A stretch of 64,000 nucleotides of DNA from the human T2T-CHM13v2.0 reference genome, Homo sapiens, in the NCBI RefSeq assembly GCF_009914755.1, contig NC_060929.1. One strand, given 5' to 3'. A program made the position numbers and the translations under genes. Below the pieces are notes generated by a model. It was not told the origin of the DNA. It saw nothing but the letters and a program-made list of their open reading frames with translations, and made no database searches. Positions 13,717 to 26,240 of the stretch are shown in pieces; positions within the stretch are counted from its first letter, which is position 1, and each line of letters starts with the position of its first letter.

Positions 13717-14040
13717 AAACAGTGTGGTGTATTAAAAAAAATTAGATTTCTTTAAAAATAAATCCAGATTTTATTTCTGACTCTGACAGCATCTACCCAT
13801 GTAGACCTGGTATAAGGCATTTAGCCCTTCTGAGAACCACTTGTACTGACAGTGAAACAGTTATCTGGACCCCGCCCTGCAAATTCTCATCTAATTGATC
13901 TAAGGCAGATGAGTCTCAGAAATTTGAATTTTTAATGTCCTTTTTTTTTTGATGTTTTATGGCAACAAGTCTATAGACAGGCATTGGGGACTATTGGAAT
14001 AAATAATCATTAGAATTCTTTCTAATTCTAAGGTCTTATG
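13717..14040 (+). mobile_element. Degenerate MIR with a probable MER5-like hAT relic inside (~13860-13990)
   Basis: MIR-like 'aaacagtgtggtgta...ttctgactctgaca...cccttctgag'; MER5-like 'ctggaccccgccctgcaaattct...gaaatttgaatttttaa'. Confidence 0.4.
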
Positions 14041-14839
14041 ATTTTGTAAAAGCAATGGAAAAAAATGGAGATTCTATATCACTTCTAATCAGTTCCTAAT
14101 GATCACAGTTGCTGCTGATTAGAGTAAAAGGAGGTTTCATTTCAAATTAAGAAATAATTATTGAAATAATGAAAATAAGAGTCCTTCATATCAAATAGTG
14201 CAAACAGCAATGAATAAAAGAGCATTTCATTGTCCCCTGCTCTAAAATTCTTAAGAGTATTGACAATTTTCCACTCCTTCCTTTAGGGAAGAAGAAGAAA
14301 AAAACAGATAAACTTATTCGGAATTCTATGTACTTTGCCCTTTAGAACTAGATGGTGTTACTGAAAGTAATATGGATCCCAGCACATTACAATATATAAA
14401 TATCAGAACCTGAATATAAATGTGCAGTGCATCTTTGGCCTTTGGGATATTAAAATGCTTGATGAGCCATGGACACACATTAAGTTTTAAAAAAAGAAGA
14501 GAAAGATGGTCCCCCTAAGTTATATTATGAACCCACCGGGAAAGAACAATGTCTTATTTGATGTCCTCTATAGTACTTAGTGTATGCTGAAGTTCAATAG
14601 CCATTCAATAAAAAACACTAATAATATGTATGATTATAAGTTAAGCAATGATGAAACTACTAGTTCGCTGATAGTTAATAAACATTTGATAGAGAAGTAG
14701 ACATAACTTTCATACTACACAGTATTTCATATATAAACATATTCATAAATATTTTTGTATCACTTATTTGTTTTATGATATGTAATGAACTCACTTCATA
14801 TATAAAATGAGCTTTACCTGTATTTTATTTTACTTTCCT

Positions 14840-14935
14840 TGAATTTATGCATTCAATTCATATATAAACTAATTTACTCATACATTTGACAAACATATTT
14901 TTAGCACCCACTCTGCATAAAGCACTTCCCTGGCA
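14840..14935 (-). mobile_element. L2 3' end relic
   Basis: 'attcaattca...ttactcatacatttgacaaacatatttttagcacccactctgcataaagcac'. Confidence 0.5.
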
Positions 14936-15731
14936 CATTAAAAAAAAAAAAAAAAAACTAAAAAAACTAAACGTCTACCCTTTTCTAACAAATTGTCCCC
15001 CTTCTTTTTTTTTCTGTTTAATCATCCTAAATATTTTTACCAAGTGCATCGCATACTCTTGGTCACACTGGTCATTTTTTCCTAAGCCAAGAAACCTCTA
15101 TGTCCCTGAGACACAATGCATAACTTTCAGTATCATGACAATAACCATCATATTTCCCCAAAATAATGGCATTATTTTTTGTTAGACCTATCTGCCTTAA
15201 TCTTCAAGACAGCCCCATGGACATTTGTTCTTGTTCTTGTGTTGAACTTCTCATACATTAGCATTTTATCATTGACAGCTTGATTTTCCCATCTTCTTCA
15301 TTTCTTTCATTCATGGCTCACCTCTCTCAAGAAAACTTCAACTTAGAAAAGCAAGTTCAGTCACACCCATGCCAGTACCTTCTCTATTCTCACAGACTTA
15401 GTGTAACATGTAATCTTCAGTTACTGTAATGACATGGATATGAACTGGCTCATTATTACATTGAGAACCTACTTTGTATAGGACGTTGGCAAAATCTGAG
15501 GATGCCAAGAGGTAAAATATAAGTTTTGACAAGATTGTTAATCTGTTTGAGAGGGTAAGTGGGTAACAACATTACAGAACACATGCTAAGTCCAAATTAG
15601 TAGAATAGATAGAAACGTAGGGTAGAATCAAAATATACATGCTATAATCCAGATACACTGCACTATGCACACACACACACACAAACATACCTATTGCTTC
15701 CTTTTAGCTGATTTTATCATGTCCTGTGCTT

Positions 15732-15924
15732 CTTTTTGTTTGTTTGTTGACAAAGCATCTCACTCTGTTTCCCAGGCTGGAGTGCAGTGGTATGATCACA
15801 GCTCAAGCGGTCCTCCTGCCTCAGCCTCTCAAGTAGCTGGGACTACAGGTGTGTGCCACCAAACCCAGCTAATTTTGTTGATATTTTTGTAGATACAAAG
15901 TCTCACTATGTTGCCCAGGCTAGG
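15732..15924 (-). mobile_element. Truncated, internally deleted AluJ-like element
   Basis: 'tctcactctgtttcccaggctggagtgcagtggtatgatcacagctc' joins directly to 'aagcggtcctcctgcctcagcc'; ends 'ctatgttgcccaggct'. Confidence 0.88.
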
Positions 15925-17639
15925 CTTCTATTTTTATTCAGTAGAAAACTGTTTTTAAAAATTTCTTGTCAATTCAATTGTCTTTTTTGATTGAGTGCTA
16001 GGTAAAGGCAGTGGTGCATTACAATGGAGATATATAGGCCTTTTCTTCTCCTTTTTCCTTTCCCCAGGGATATCTATCTGGTCAAAGAAAGTTTTGCAAT
16101 TCTGTGGTAGCAGGAGAAGGGGCTCATGTATTTTCATGTAACTTTCACTATTGGCTTTCTCTGACCTGTAGCTGAGCTCATAGATTCTGATTTAGAGGAG
16201 TTGGCCCAAGGTTAGAGCAAATGTTGCCCTCAAGTGGGAAATGCCTAATCATTGTTTTGGAGAGTTGTGCGATCTTCGTTGCTGACCAGGCCCCCACCTT
16301 GGCTCTTGATGACAACCCTGACACCATCAATGTCTTCCTCTTGTCTCCTGCTTCAGGTGGTTCCTCTGAGACTTTTAGAGGTACTTCCACCTCAGGGTGA
16401 TGGCACCTTGGTTTTGTAGGCACACTGACTCAATATAAGGTATGTTTTGTATGTCTTCAGTGTCACAAAGGAAATTCTGGATAGCAATAACAGCTTACAT
16501 AGACCACGGAAGGCCAAGAGAGAGAGAAAGAGGAAGGAGAAAGGGGAGGCTCACTAGGAAGAACTACGAGTAGTTATGTTCAATTATTGTGAAGTTGGAG
16601 CAAGTTACAAGCCTTGAGCTTTGGAGAGACATTGTAAACAGCCTTGTATGCCTTGCTAGCAAGTTTAGAATTTATCCTAAATACCACTATTTCCAACAAA
16701 AAATTATACCCATCCCCAGGGTCACAAGGGAAATTAGAGTTCAGAGGTCACAACTGTGGATTATTAGTGGTGAAATTAGAGACCAAAGGCTTAAGTGATA
16801 GGGAGAGGGAGATCTCTTGCTCTTGTAGGACAAGACCAAGTCAGCATTATGCAGCCTTGTATCATTACTATCTGAAGTATAGTATTAAAAAAACTTATTG
16901 AATGAATGAATATAATTAATGAAGTAACAAAATTCCATCTACATTCCTAAAGAGATGGTTTTAGCGGGCTTTCCTTAGGAACTTGCATTCTAAATTCAGA
17001 GACACAGTGAAGTTTTTTGGAATATGAATAAATTCAACTTGTACTAAAGAGTTATGCCATTTCTACTGTAAGAAACAGCCCATCCTGTAATATTTCAGGT
17101 TATTTGAATAAGAGCCTGAATAGTTGCAGCACTAAGGACAGGAGGCTTTATGCTGCTTGCAGTTTCAGTCCGTTGGGAGACCCTTGGAATTGTTTGCTGT
17201 CAGCACACATAACCTGCTGAAGCAACTTCAGAATATAGCTGCCCTGCTCAATGATGGCAGCAGCCCCTTTCATCTTAAAGTATCATTTTAATTGTGTAGC
17301 AAGTGGAGCTTTGTAAAACAAGAGTGTACAGAGATGTCTCTACACTGCCCATTAAGTCGTGTTATCTTTAGCATCATCAATTTGCATGCTGAGGAATTTC
17401 AGGTGGAAGCAACCTTCTGAGACACTTCAGTTATTTTAGTAACAAAATGCACAGGGTCATTAATTTCATTTGGATCTATTTTGAGACTTAATCATTAAAT
17501 TTAAAATATTTTTTAAATCTAGGGAAAATGTTGAATTTCAATATCATCATATACTCACTAGGGTATCTGAGTCATGGTAATGAAGGTTTGAGATTATAAA
17601 CCGTTCCCAAAATACGTAGAACTCTCCTTTCAGCAACCA

Positions 17640-17830
17640 AGTGCCTCATATTTTATAAACATCATTTCATTTCATTGTTGCAACAACCTACATAGTAGCT
17701 ATTGTTAACTCCACTTTACAAGTAAGGAAGACAAGGAGACAGCCTCAGAAAGCATAAATTCCCTATTCAAAGAAATTCTTTTAAAAAGCTGGGAGGGTCT
17801 GTCTCACTCCAAAGTCTTTGGCCTACCTGC
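17640..17830 (-). mobile_element. MIR relic
   Basis: 'caacaacctacatagtagctattgttaactccactttacaagtaaggaagacaagg' resembles the MIR core. Confidence 0.55.
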
Positions 17831-18559
17831 AGCAGCCTCTAGGCAAACCCCCAGGGTTACTGATTTGGCAGGTCCACTCTCCTGGAGAATCACGAAATGG
17901 CTCAGTATTACTTATTTATTATTATGAACACTGCTGTTTCTCTGCTCTGAACATCTATGCCCATTTCTCCATTCTGTTACATAGTTGTGAATATTAAAAT
18001 GCTTTGGGAATGAGGGGAAATGTACAGAGAACTAGTACTGGAATGGAGTTTTTTTTTTCTTGTGGCAGGAGAGCAAGAATTATTTTGGGGTACAGTATTG
18101 CATTTGAATACTTTTCTCAACAATTCAACATACTGCTGGTGTTCACCTCAGTCTGGCTCAAGTGGCAAGTGTTGAGATTTTTGTTGTGCCTGTCTTATTG
18201 GGATCAAAGTGATGCATAAAGACAAGTCAATTTTCTCCAAGCTTTTAAAAGTTATTGCCTTTTTAAAATTTAAAAAATCCCACTGATATGTAGAGGGCAC
18301 AATTAATTAAACAAAATAGGATCAGATTTAAAGAGAGGGAAATGGGCAAATAAAACACAAAACAAAATGTCACTCTTTTCAGAGTTGAATTGTCAGCTTC
18401 ACTAAATGCTCTCTGCTGTGCTGAACTCCCCACAAAAGGTATTTCGATATGTGGGGGCCAAGGACCCTCCAAATAAAATACACTGAAGGGTCTTTCCTGT
18501 GCATGTGGTCTGTCCTTTACTCTTACAAAGTCTTGTGAGTGTGATTATCTTGGGATATT

Positions 18560-18960
18560 TTCTATCTTAGTTAGAGACCATATATTTGTTCAGGAATAAA
18601 GGAAAAACACTTAAGCTGAATGGATATTTACTGTAAAGAATCAGGGATGGGCTATAGAGCCTGAAATGGCTCTGACTAGGAGAGAAACAGAACATTCTTC
18701 AGGAACCAAAGCTCTCCCTCCTCCTCTCTTTTGTTTGTTTTTCAGATGGGTCAAATAGAGTCATTGCAGGCCTGTCTTTAAGTCACCTTCCAGTTCAGAA
18801 GTTCGTTCCACTCATTGGATTTCCCACAATCCATTTCTAAATGCCCAGGAGAAGGAATCTGATTGGCCCACCCTGGTTCAATCAGCTGTGAGTAGGTAGG
18901 CAGGGCCAGGAACCAGTCACTCAGAGAAGCAGCATGAGCATGTCAGCTTTGGGATGTCAG
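18560..18960 (-). mobile_element. Old MLT1-type MaLR LTR relic
   Basis: 'aaatgcccaggagaaggaatctgattggcccaccctggttcaatcagctgtg' is typical of the older MLT1 LTRs. Confidence 0.45.
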
Positions 18961-20833
18961 GAAACCTGCCAAAGGGCCTAAGGGCTCTTCCTCCTCTCAG
19001 CAGGCAGAGTACATCAAGTTAATTTCCTCAGGAGTGCATTCTGATTAGAATATGCTATAATTAATTTCTGATGCCTGGAGAGACTGGATTAACCATCATG
19101 TTTATCCAAATCTCTTACAACCATTACACAGCAAAAGGATTCCTTTTGGGTTAGTTCTTCAAAAGATACACAAAACTCTTCAATCCACTCACTGCCACCA
19201 CACACACGCCATATCCCCATCCTCCTTCCTGTCTGCCACCTCCCCTACATCAGAGAGAACTATAAACACAAAGAACATGTTATTGGCCTGATAGCAAAGA
19301 AAGTAATACTACCTCCCACTAACTTTATGCAAAACGATGTTGCTGACAATGAATATACTATGTACTGTTTGTTGAGTACTTTGAGTTTCTCAGATAGTCA
19401 CTGTATAAATACAAGGTATTACTACTATTATTACCATGTTTAACATTTGGTTAACAGTAGGAAAGTTCTTTTACAGTCTTGGCTGTAAACTATAGCTATA
19501 AATTTTTCCCATCTTCTTTAAGGCAGTTCCAGAGGCTTTGAACAATGATACTAAAGTAACAATTCAAGTTCATCACTGTGCCTAATGAATAACAGCACTC
19601 TTGATTAATGGTACTTGTTCAACATCACACTGACAGAAGTATGAAGTGTAAAAAAATGGAGTTTCTGCCCACTGTGATTTTTTTCTCCATTTTTTAAAAA
19701 AACAGGCATCATCAGAGCTGAATTTTTTTAGGGCTTGATTTTTTTTATTACCTATTCGTCTATTCAACTACTGCTGTATTTTTTTATTTGACAAGTACTC
19801 TGCTTTTGTCTCATGCTGGTGCTTGCTATCAGAGTGTTATCACTCAAGAGATCTGCTGTAGGATCTGCTAAGCATCTCTGCAATCAGCAAGCCCTCTACT
19901 AGCCTAGCACCAGACCTCTTTCCAAGGTAGAAAAAAAGAGAGAGTCCGGGAGGGAAGGAGGCTGAACTTTGTTAAAAGGCACACACTGGTCACAGCTGAC
20001 AAGGAAAGCCAGGTGCGAGAATATCTATCATGAAGCCATTGGTGAATTGCAGGTGACTAGAGGCATACTTCACGGTGCCTTATCAGAGTTTATGTATTTT
20101 ACTAACCTTATTTCATTGGGTTGAAGCTATGCAGTTTTATGAGCCCCCCAATCCTCTACTAGTTGGAAATAAATTCCTCCTCGGCTATATATCAGAGAAT
20201 GACACTGGCTGTTGGCCCATCTCTCTGGGCAAATTCACTGCCTGTATTTCTTCTTTTTCTTTCATCCTGGGGCTAGGGTGCAGGGTTGTTTCTGTATGAC
20301 ATGACATGCCAAGAAGGAAAAGTCTTGCAGTTCAAGGTGAGGGAGGCAGGGCAACCTGAGTACCAGCTTTAGCCTCTTGTTACATCCCTGTCTTGTAAAT
20401 TGTTCAATCTGGTGGCGATTTGAATGGTTAGCACTGTTGTCAGCTATCTCTGCACTCCAGCTTTCCTCTCTCCTGGCAGGAACATCTGGGACACAGACTT
20501 TACAAACAGTAATAATAACCCTACTTTAGCTTTCACATTTTTGCAGTTGTTATTATGTCATCATGGTAAATGACCATAATTGACCCCCACAATGAAATGT
20601 TGCCAACATTCATATGAATAGCAACTGCAGTCTCACAGGCTAGCAGGCATGTGCTTTGCAAATAAAAAATTTGCTGAATAGCTGAAATCTCAGGTTCATT
20701 TGGGGACCTGAGTATTTCTGAATTACAATGGAAAACGATCTTTTTCTGAAACAGAGCAGTGCTGCATACAGGAACCGAAACAGGAGGTCAGGGGTAAGTA
20801 TTAGAAGGATACTTCCAGGATTTGCAAGAGCCC

Positions 20834-20873
20834 TGTCTTTGGGGGCTGATTTATGTCTTTGGGGGCTGATTTA
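20834..20873. repeat. Perfect 20-bp tandem duplication (tgtctttgggggctgattta x2)
   Basis: Read directly: identical units at 20834-20853 and 20854-20873. Confidence 0.95.
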
Positions 20874-20955
20874 GATATGGAGTGATGAGTCATGAGACTC
20901 CAACTGAGCATAGAGTTCTTGTAATTGTATTTCTCATCTAAAGGGCACGCAAAAT

Positions 20956-20980
20956 ACGCACGCACGCACGCACGCACACA
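20956..20980. repeat. (ACGC)5 microsatellite running into ACACA
   Basis: 'acgcacgcacgcacgcacgcacaca'. Confidence 0.9.
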
Positions 20981-23671
20981 AAATTCCAGCATCACTGCCA
21001 TCCCAAAGTTAGCATATATCTTTCCTGATGTTCTCCAGAGCTGCCATGCAGTGAGGACATAACAAAACAGTGAAAAAAGAATTGACAATGCCAAAACACA
21101 TATCAATGCTCTGACTAGAACTGTACATTTTAATATTGTGCTCAGGAGGCAATTTCAGCTAAATTAGTCTTGACAATTTTTGACTGATTTGTTTGAGAAA
21201 CCAGGACCAATTCAAGATGGTTGTTTCAATAAATGAATGAATGGGTGAATAAATTAACTAAATCTATTTTCTCCTATTTCTTGAGAAATCTACTTTATTA
21301 CAAAATGCCTATTTTTATCATAACTTTTTTTTTTCAAACTAGGCTTGTTACCCTAAAATAAAACAATCTAACACAGAAGGCAGGTACCTTGAAATTAGCT
21401 TTACATAGATTTATGTAATCTAAATAAACCTTCTTGATTCAGTCATTATTATCCAGATCTAGTTAAAATCACTCACACAGGATTTTGAAACCTGCCTCAA
21501 AGTCTTCTCTTAATCTCCCCTCATGTTTCTGAAACAAGCTTCTCTCCAGTTCTCTCCTGTGTTTAATGAGAACACTTTTGGGAAGAATAACCAACAATCT
21601 CAGATCATTGTTGTTGGCACAGAAATTAAGGGAGATCAGAAATTTCTCATTATATACAGAACATAATGGAAATTATTCAGCTAATGATTCTCAAATTATA
21701 GGCAAATTGAGAAAGAATCTTGCCTAGACAGTCAAGATTCTTTGATGAACTATTTACAGGAGTAGGTTTCCTGTGACACAAAGAGGCATGTCGCCAGGAT
21801 GACCTAAGATAACCACTTCCACCATCCTGAAACTTCTCCCTATCTCCTATTCCTAAACTTCTCCTTATCTCCTATCTTCTATTGACCAATGGCTCCATAT
21901 GGTCAATGACCGCTCAGAGTGGGTCAAAGCCCCATAGTATTCACCACTCCTCCCCTACCCTCCACCCAACCACATAATTACATTTGCTCCTTTAGTCCTA
22001 TCTCTCTCAATACAACCAAAATTCCCTATTATAAGAGTGTGGCAAACCTAGACATTACCAGAAAGCTCATTAGATTTATTTTTTTTTACACTGGGCTGTA
22101 AATAGCTGTAATTCTTCTAATAAATATTTTTAATTTTGTAAAGGGATTTAACCCAATTGAATCTCTTATTTTTTAAAAGAATGATCAGACATATTTTGTT
22201 TAGGGAGTACTTGTGGACAGGACATTCCCCTGGTTCTACTCTAGCATGCTAAAATCAGCAACTTGATACTCTATTTTTGAAAAGTTCTCTGACTTGGATT
22301 TGAATTTCAAAGCCCAAATTAAAGTGTCTTAATCTTCTTAGTTTTACTCCAAGGCTAGCTAAAAACAAACAATAAAGGCAGAAGCAGAATCATGTAACTT
22401 TTTCTAAATTGCATTTATTGTTTTACTTTTTCTCTTCTTATTTTTACCCGAACAGAAAGGAGCTGGGAAAGGAAAGGCCAAAGAGCAGACAGCTACTAAC
22501 TGTTGACCAAGTAAGGCCTGGCAAGTCTCCAGCTGGACTGGTCTTCGTTGTGAGTCATAGAGGTTCTCTTCGTTGAATTTGCAAGTAAAGAGGAGGGCGT
22601 GAAGGTGTTTTTGTTTATATTGAATTTTTGAAGTCTATGGGTTCTATTATTAACTCAGTTTTATGTAGTTTTGATTAGGGAAGACTTTAGACAGCACGGA
22701 CCTTTCCAGTGTGAAGGAGTCTTCTTCTCATGTGACCACGAGACCATCTCATACACCTTTTCTGTGTCCCAGTCTGCTTCCTCAACCAGTGGATTTAATA
22801 AATAGCTAGGTGTACACATTATTCAAATATGCAAAGAAAATTAAGCCTTTTATTTAATATCTTAAAAAGATGCTTATTAACATAAATGACTGTCTTATTT
22901 TTGAAATGTGTCATCATTTTTTATGAGTTAATCTTACTTCTTGAACATCCACCCTATTAGTTTCATATGTGAGAAATAGTATATCTTACTGTCTTCCAGT
23001 TTAACATTATCTTTCATTTCAAAGTAGTGGTCTGGGTTGCATGATGTCTTCCAAAGCTTTTCTCTCATCTCAAATGATCCCAAGGTAATGCTGGGGCATA
23101 GGAGGAGGTGGGCTATATTACTCTGTGAAGGTTAAAGAAAGGAGGAGAAGGAGGAGAAAGTAATGGATTTGTAATCACAGTTCCTAATGCTGTACTCTGG
23201 ATCTTGGAAAGATTTGGTTGAGGAGTGGCTGATCCAGGCTAGTCTTGTCTAGTTTCTAGTGCCCTTTGCAATAACTGCTGAGACCATGTTCCCATGGCTG
23301 ATGTTCATGGTCCACTCGATTTGCTTCTGGTCTGAAATATTTGAAACTTCATCACATCTTTTTCTAAACTCCAGGCCTCTGCTGGTTTATTGACCATCTC
23401 AGCCTCTCTCTCTCCCCTCACCAAGGCTTATGGATACTTCTAGATTATCTATGTTATGAGCAGCCACGATAAACCTAGAGTGCTGCCTCATGTTTAAATA
23501 AACATGCCTTCTATCATGTTTATTATTGAAAACGGTTCAGGAATAAAAGTTTGGTTTCTGGAAGCTTGGATCTTCCCCCTTCAATAGTTCCAAGAAAATA
23601 GGCCACTAGCACAGATATCCTAAGATTTATTCATTTCTCTCTGGATGTTTCTATCTACTTGACCAATTTAC

Positions 23672-25883
23672 CATATTAGTCTGTTTTCATGCTGCTGATA
23701 AAGGCATACCCAAGACTGGGCAATTTACAAAAGAAAGAGCTTTATTGGACTCACAGTTCCACATGCCTGGGGAGGCCTCACAATCATGGCAAAAGGTAAA
23801 GGCACATCTCACATGACAGCAGACAAGAGAAGTGAGCTTATGCAGGGAAACTCCCATTTTTAAAACCATCAGATCTCATGAAAGTTATTCACTGTCACAA
23901 GGACAGCATGGGAAAGACCAACCTCAGTGATTCAATTATCTACCACTGGGTCCCCCTCACAACATGTGGGAATTCAAGATGAGATTTGGGTGGGAACACA
24001 GCCAAACCACACCATTCCACCCCAGTCCCTCCCAAATCTCATGCCCTCACTATTGAAAACCAATCATGCCTTCCCAACAGTCCCTCAAAGCCTTAACTCA
24101 TTTCAGCATTAACTCAAAAGTCCATAGTTCAAAGTCTTATCTGAGACAAGGCAAGTCCCCTCTCCCTGTGAGCCTGTAAAATCAAAAGCAAATTAGTTAC
24201 TTCCTAGATACGATGGGGATACAGGCATTGGGTAAATACAGCTATTCCAAATGGGAGAAATTGACCAAAACAAAGGGGCTACAGGCTCCATGCAAGTCTG
24301 AAATCCAGTAGAGCAGTCAAATCTTAAAGTTCCAAGATGATCTCCTTTGACTCCATTTCTCACATCCAGATCACAATGATGCAAGAGGTGAGTTCTCATG
24401 GCCTTGGCCAACTCTGCTTCTGTGGCTTTGCAGAGTACAGCCTCCCTCTCGGCTGTTTTCACAGGCTGGCATTGCATGTCTGTGGCTTTTCCAGGTGCAG
24501 GGTGCAAGTCGTTGGTGAATCTACCATTCTGGGGTCTGGAAGATGAGGCCCTCTTCTCATAGAGGCAGTGCCCCATTAGGGACTCAGTTTGGGGATCTGA
24601 CTTCACATTGAGCCTGCTTCTGCAGCAAACTTCTGCCTGGATATCCAGGCATTTCCATACATCCTCTGAAATCTAGGCAGAGGTTCCCAAACCCCAGTTC
24701 TTGACTTCTGTGCACTGGAAGGCTCAACCCCATGTGGATGCTGCCAAGGCTTGAGGCTTACACCCTCTGAAGCCACAGCCTGAGGTCTATGTTGGCCCCT
24801 TCAGCCATGGCTGGAGTGACTGGGACACAGGTCACCAAGTAAGTCCCTACACTGCACACAGCATGGGGACCCTAGGCCCGGCCTACAAAACCACTTTTTC
24901 CTTCTAGGTCTGTGGGCCTGTGATGGGAGGAGCTGCCATAAAGACCTCTGACATGCCCTGAGACATACCCCGTTGTCATGGGGATAAACATTGGGCTCCT
25001 AGTTACTTATGCAAATTTCTACAGCTGGCTTGAATTTCTCCTCAGAAAATAGGATTTTGTTTTCTATTGCATTATTGGGCTGCAAATTTTTTAAACTTTT
25101 ATGCTCTGCTTCCCTTATAAAACTGAATGCCTTTAACAGCACCCAAGTCACCTCTTGAATGCTTTGCTGCTTAGAAATTTCTCCCACCGGATACCATAAA
25201 TCATGTCTCTCAGGTTCAAAGTTCCACAAATCTCTAGGGCAGGGCAAAATGCTGCCAGTCTCTTTGCTAAAACATAATGAGTCACTGTTGCGCCAGTTCC
25301 CCAAAAGTTTCTCATCTCCATCTGAGACCACTCAGCCTGGATTTCATTAACCATATCACTATCTGGCATTTGGTCAAAGCCACTAAACAAGCCTCGAGGG
25401 AGTTCCAACCTTTCCCACATTTTCCTTTCTTCTTCTGAGCCCTCCAAACTGTTCCAACCCCTGCCTGTTACTCAGTCCCAGAGTCACTTCCACATTTTTG
25501 GGTATCTACAGCATTGCCCCACTCTCCTGGTATCAATTTACTGTATTAGTCAATTTTCACACTGCTGATAAAGATATACAAGAGACTGGGCAATTTACAA
25601 AAGAAAGAGGTTTATTGGATTCACAGTTCCACGTGGCTGGGAGGCCTCACAATCAGGGTGGAAGGTGAAAGGCATGTCTCACATGGTGGCAGACAAGAGA
25701 AGAGAGCTTGTGCAGGGAAACTCTCATTTTTAAAACTATCAGATCTCATGAGACTTATTCATTATCACAAGAACAGCATGAAAAAGTCCTGCCTCCATGA
25801 TTCAATAATCTCCCACCAGATTCCTCCCACAACATGTGGGAATTCAAGATGAGATTTGGGTGGGGACACAGCCAAACCATATC
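23672..25883 (-). mobile_element. THE1B-like MaLR element: LTR 23672-24013, internal region ~24014-25541, LTR 25542-25883
   Basis: Two ~340-bp direct repeats ('tattagtc..ttttca..ctgctgataaag' ... 'gagatttgggtggg.acacagccaaacca') flank a ~1.5-kb THE1 internal sequence ('gagcctgtaaaatcaaaagca', 'gatctcctttgactccat'). Confidence 0.95.
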
Positions 25884-26029
25884 ATTCCCCAACTGCATTC
25901 AATGCTGCTCCCCAAATTTGACCTGGAATAGGAAGCCTGGATGCATGTATCTCATGGCACACTTAAACTTCTCTCTCTTACAGGTATTTCAGCTCCCCTT
26001 GAGTGGGAAGGGCTGGGTTTTTAACACAT

Positions 26030-26240
26030 AGCATGATGAATCCATACTGATTCTGGTAGATGGTGTTGAATATTTTTTGTAGATAAAGAGATAGGATTTA
26101 CTAGTGGATTGCATTTGGGATGTGAGAAAAAATAAAGATAATTACAAAGGTTCTAGACTGAAAAGGGAAAGGACAGATGGGGAAGACTGGGAAGAACAGA
26201 AGTGAAAGGGGAAGGTCAGTTGTCCAGTCTTGGAAAATTA
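26030..26240 (-). mobile_element. L2 relic
   Basis: 'gagataggatttactagtggattgcatttgggatgtgagaaaaa...aaggttctagactga'. Confidence 0.45.

Noticed and set aside
14938-14971. Isolated poly(A) tracts as retrocopy tails (also the poly(T) at 50782-50810)
   Set aside because: No upstream body or TSD is identifiable; simple mononucleotide expansion is sufficient.
24193-25447. The longest ORFs in the window (137, 110 and 99 aa)
   Set aside because: They lie in the decayed THE1 internal region and are fragmented by stops and frameshifts.
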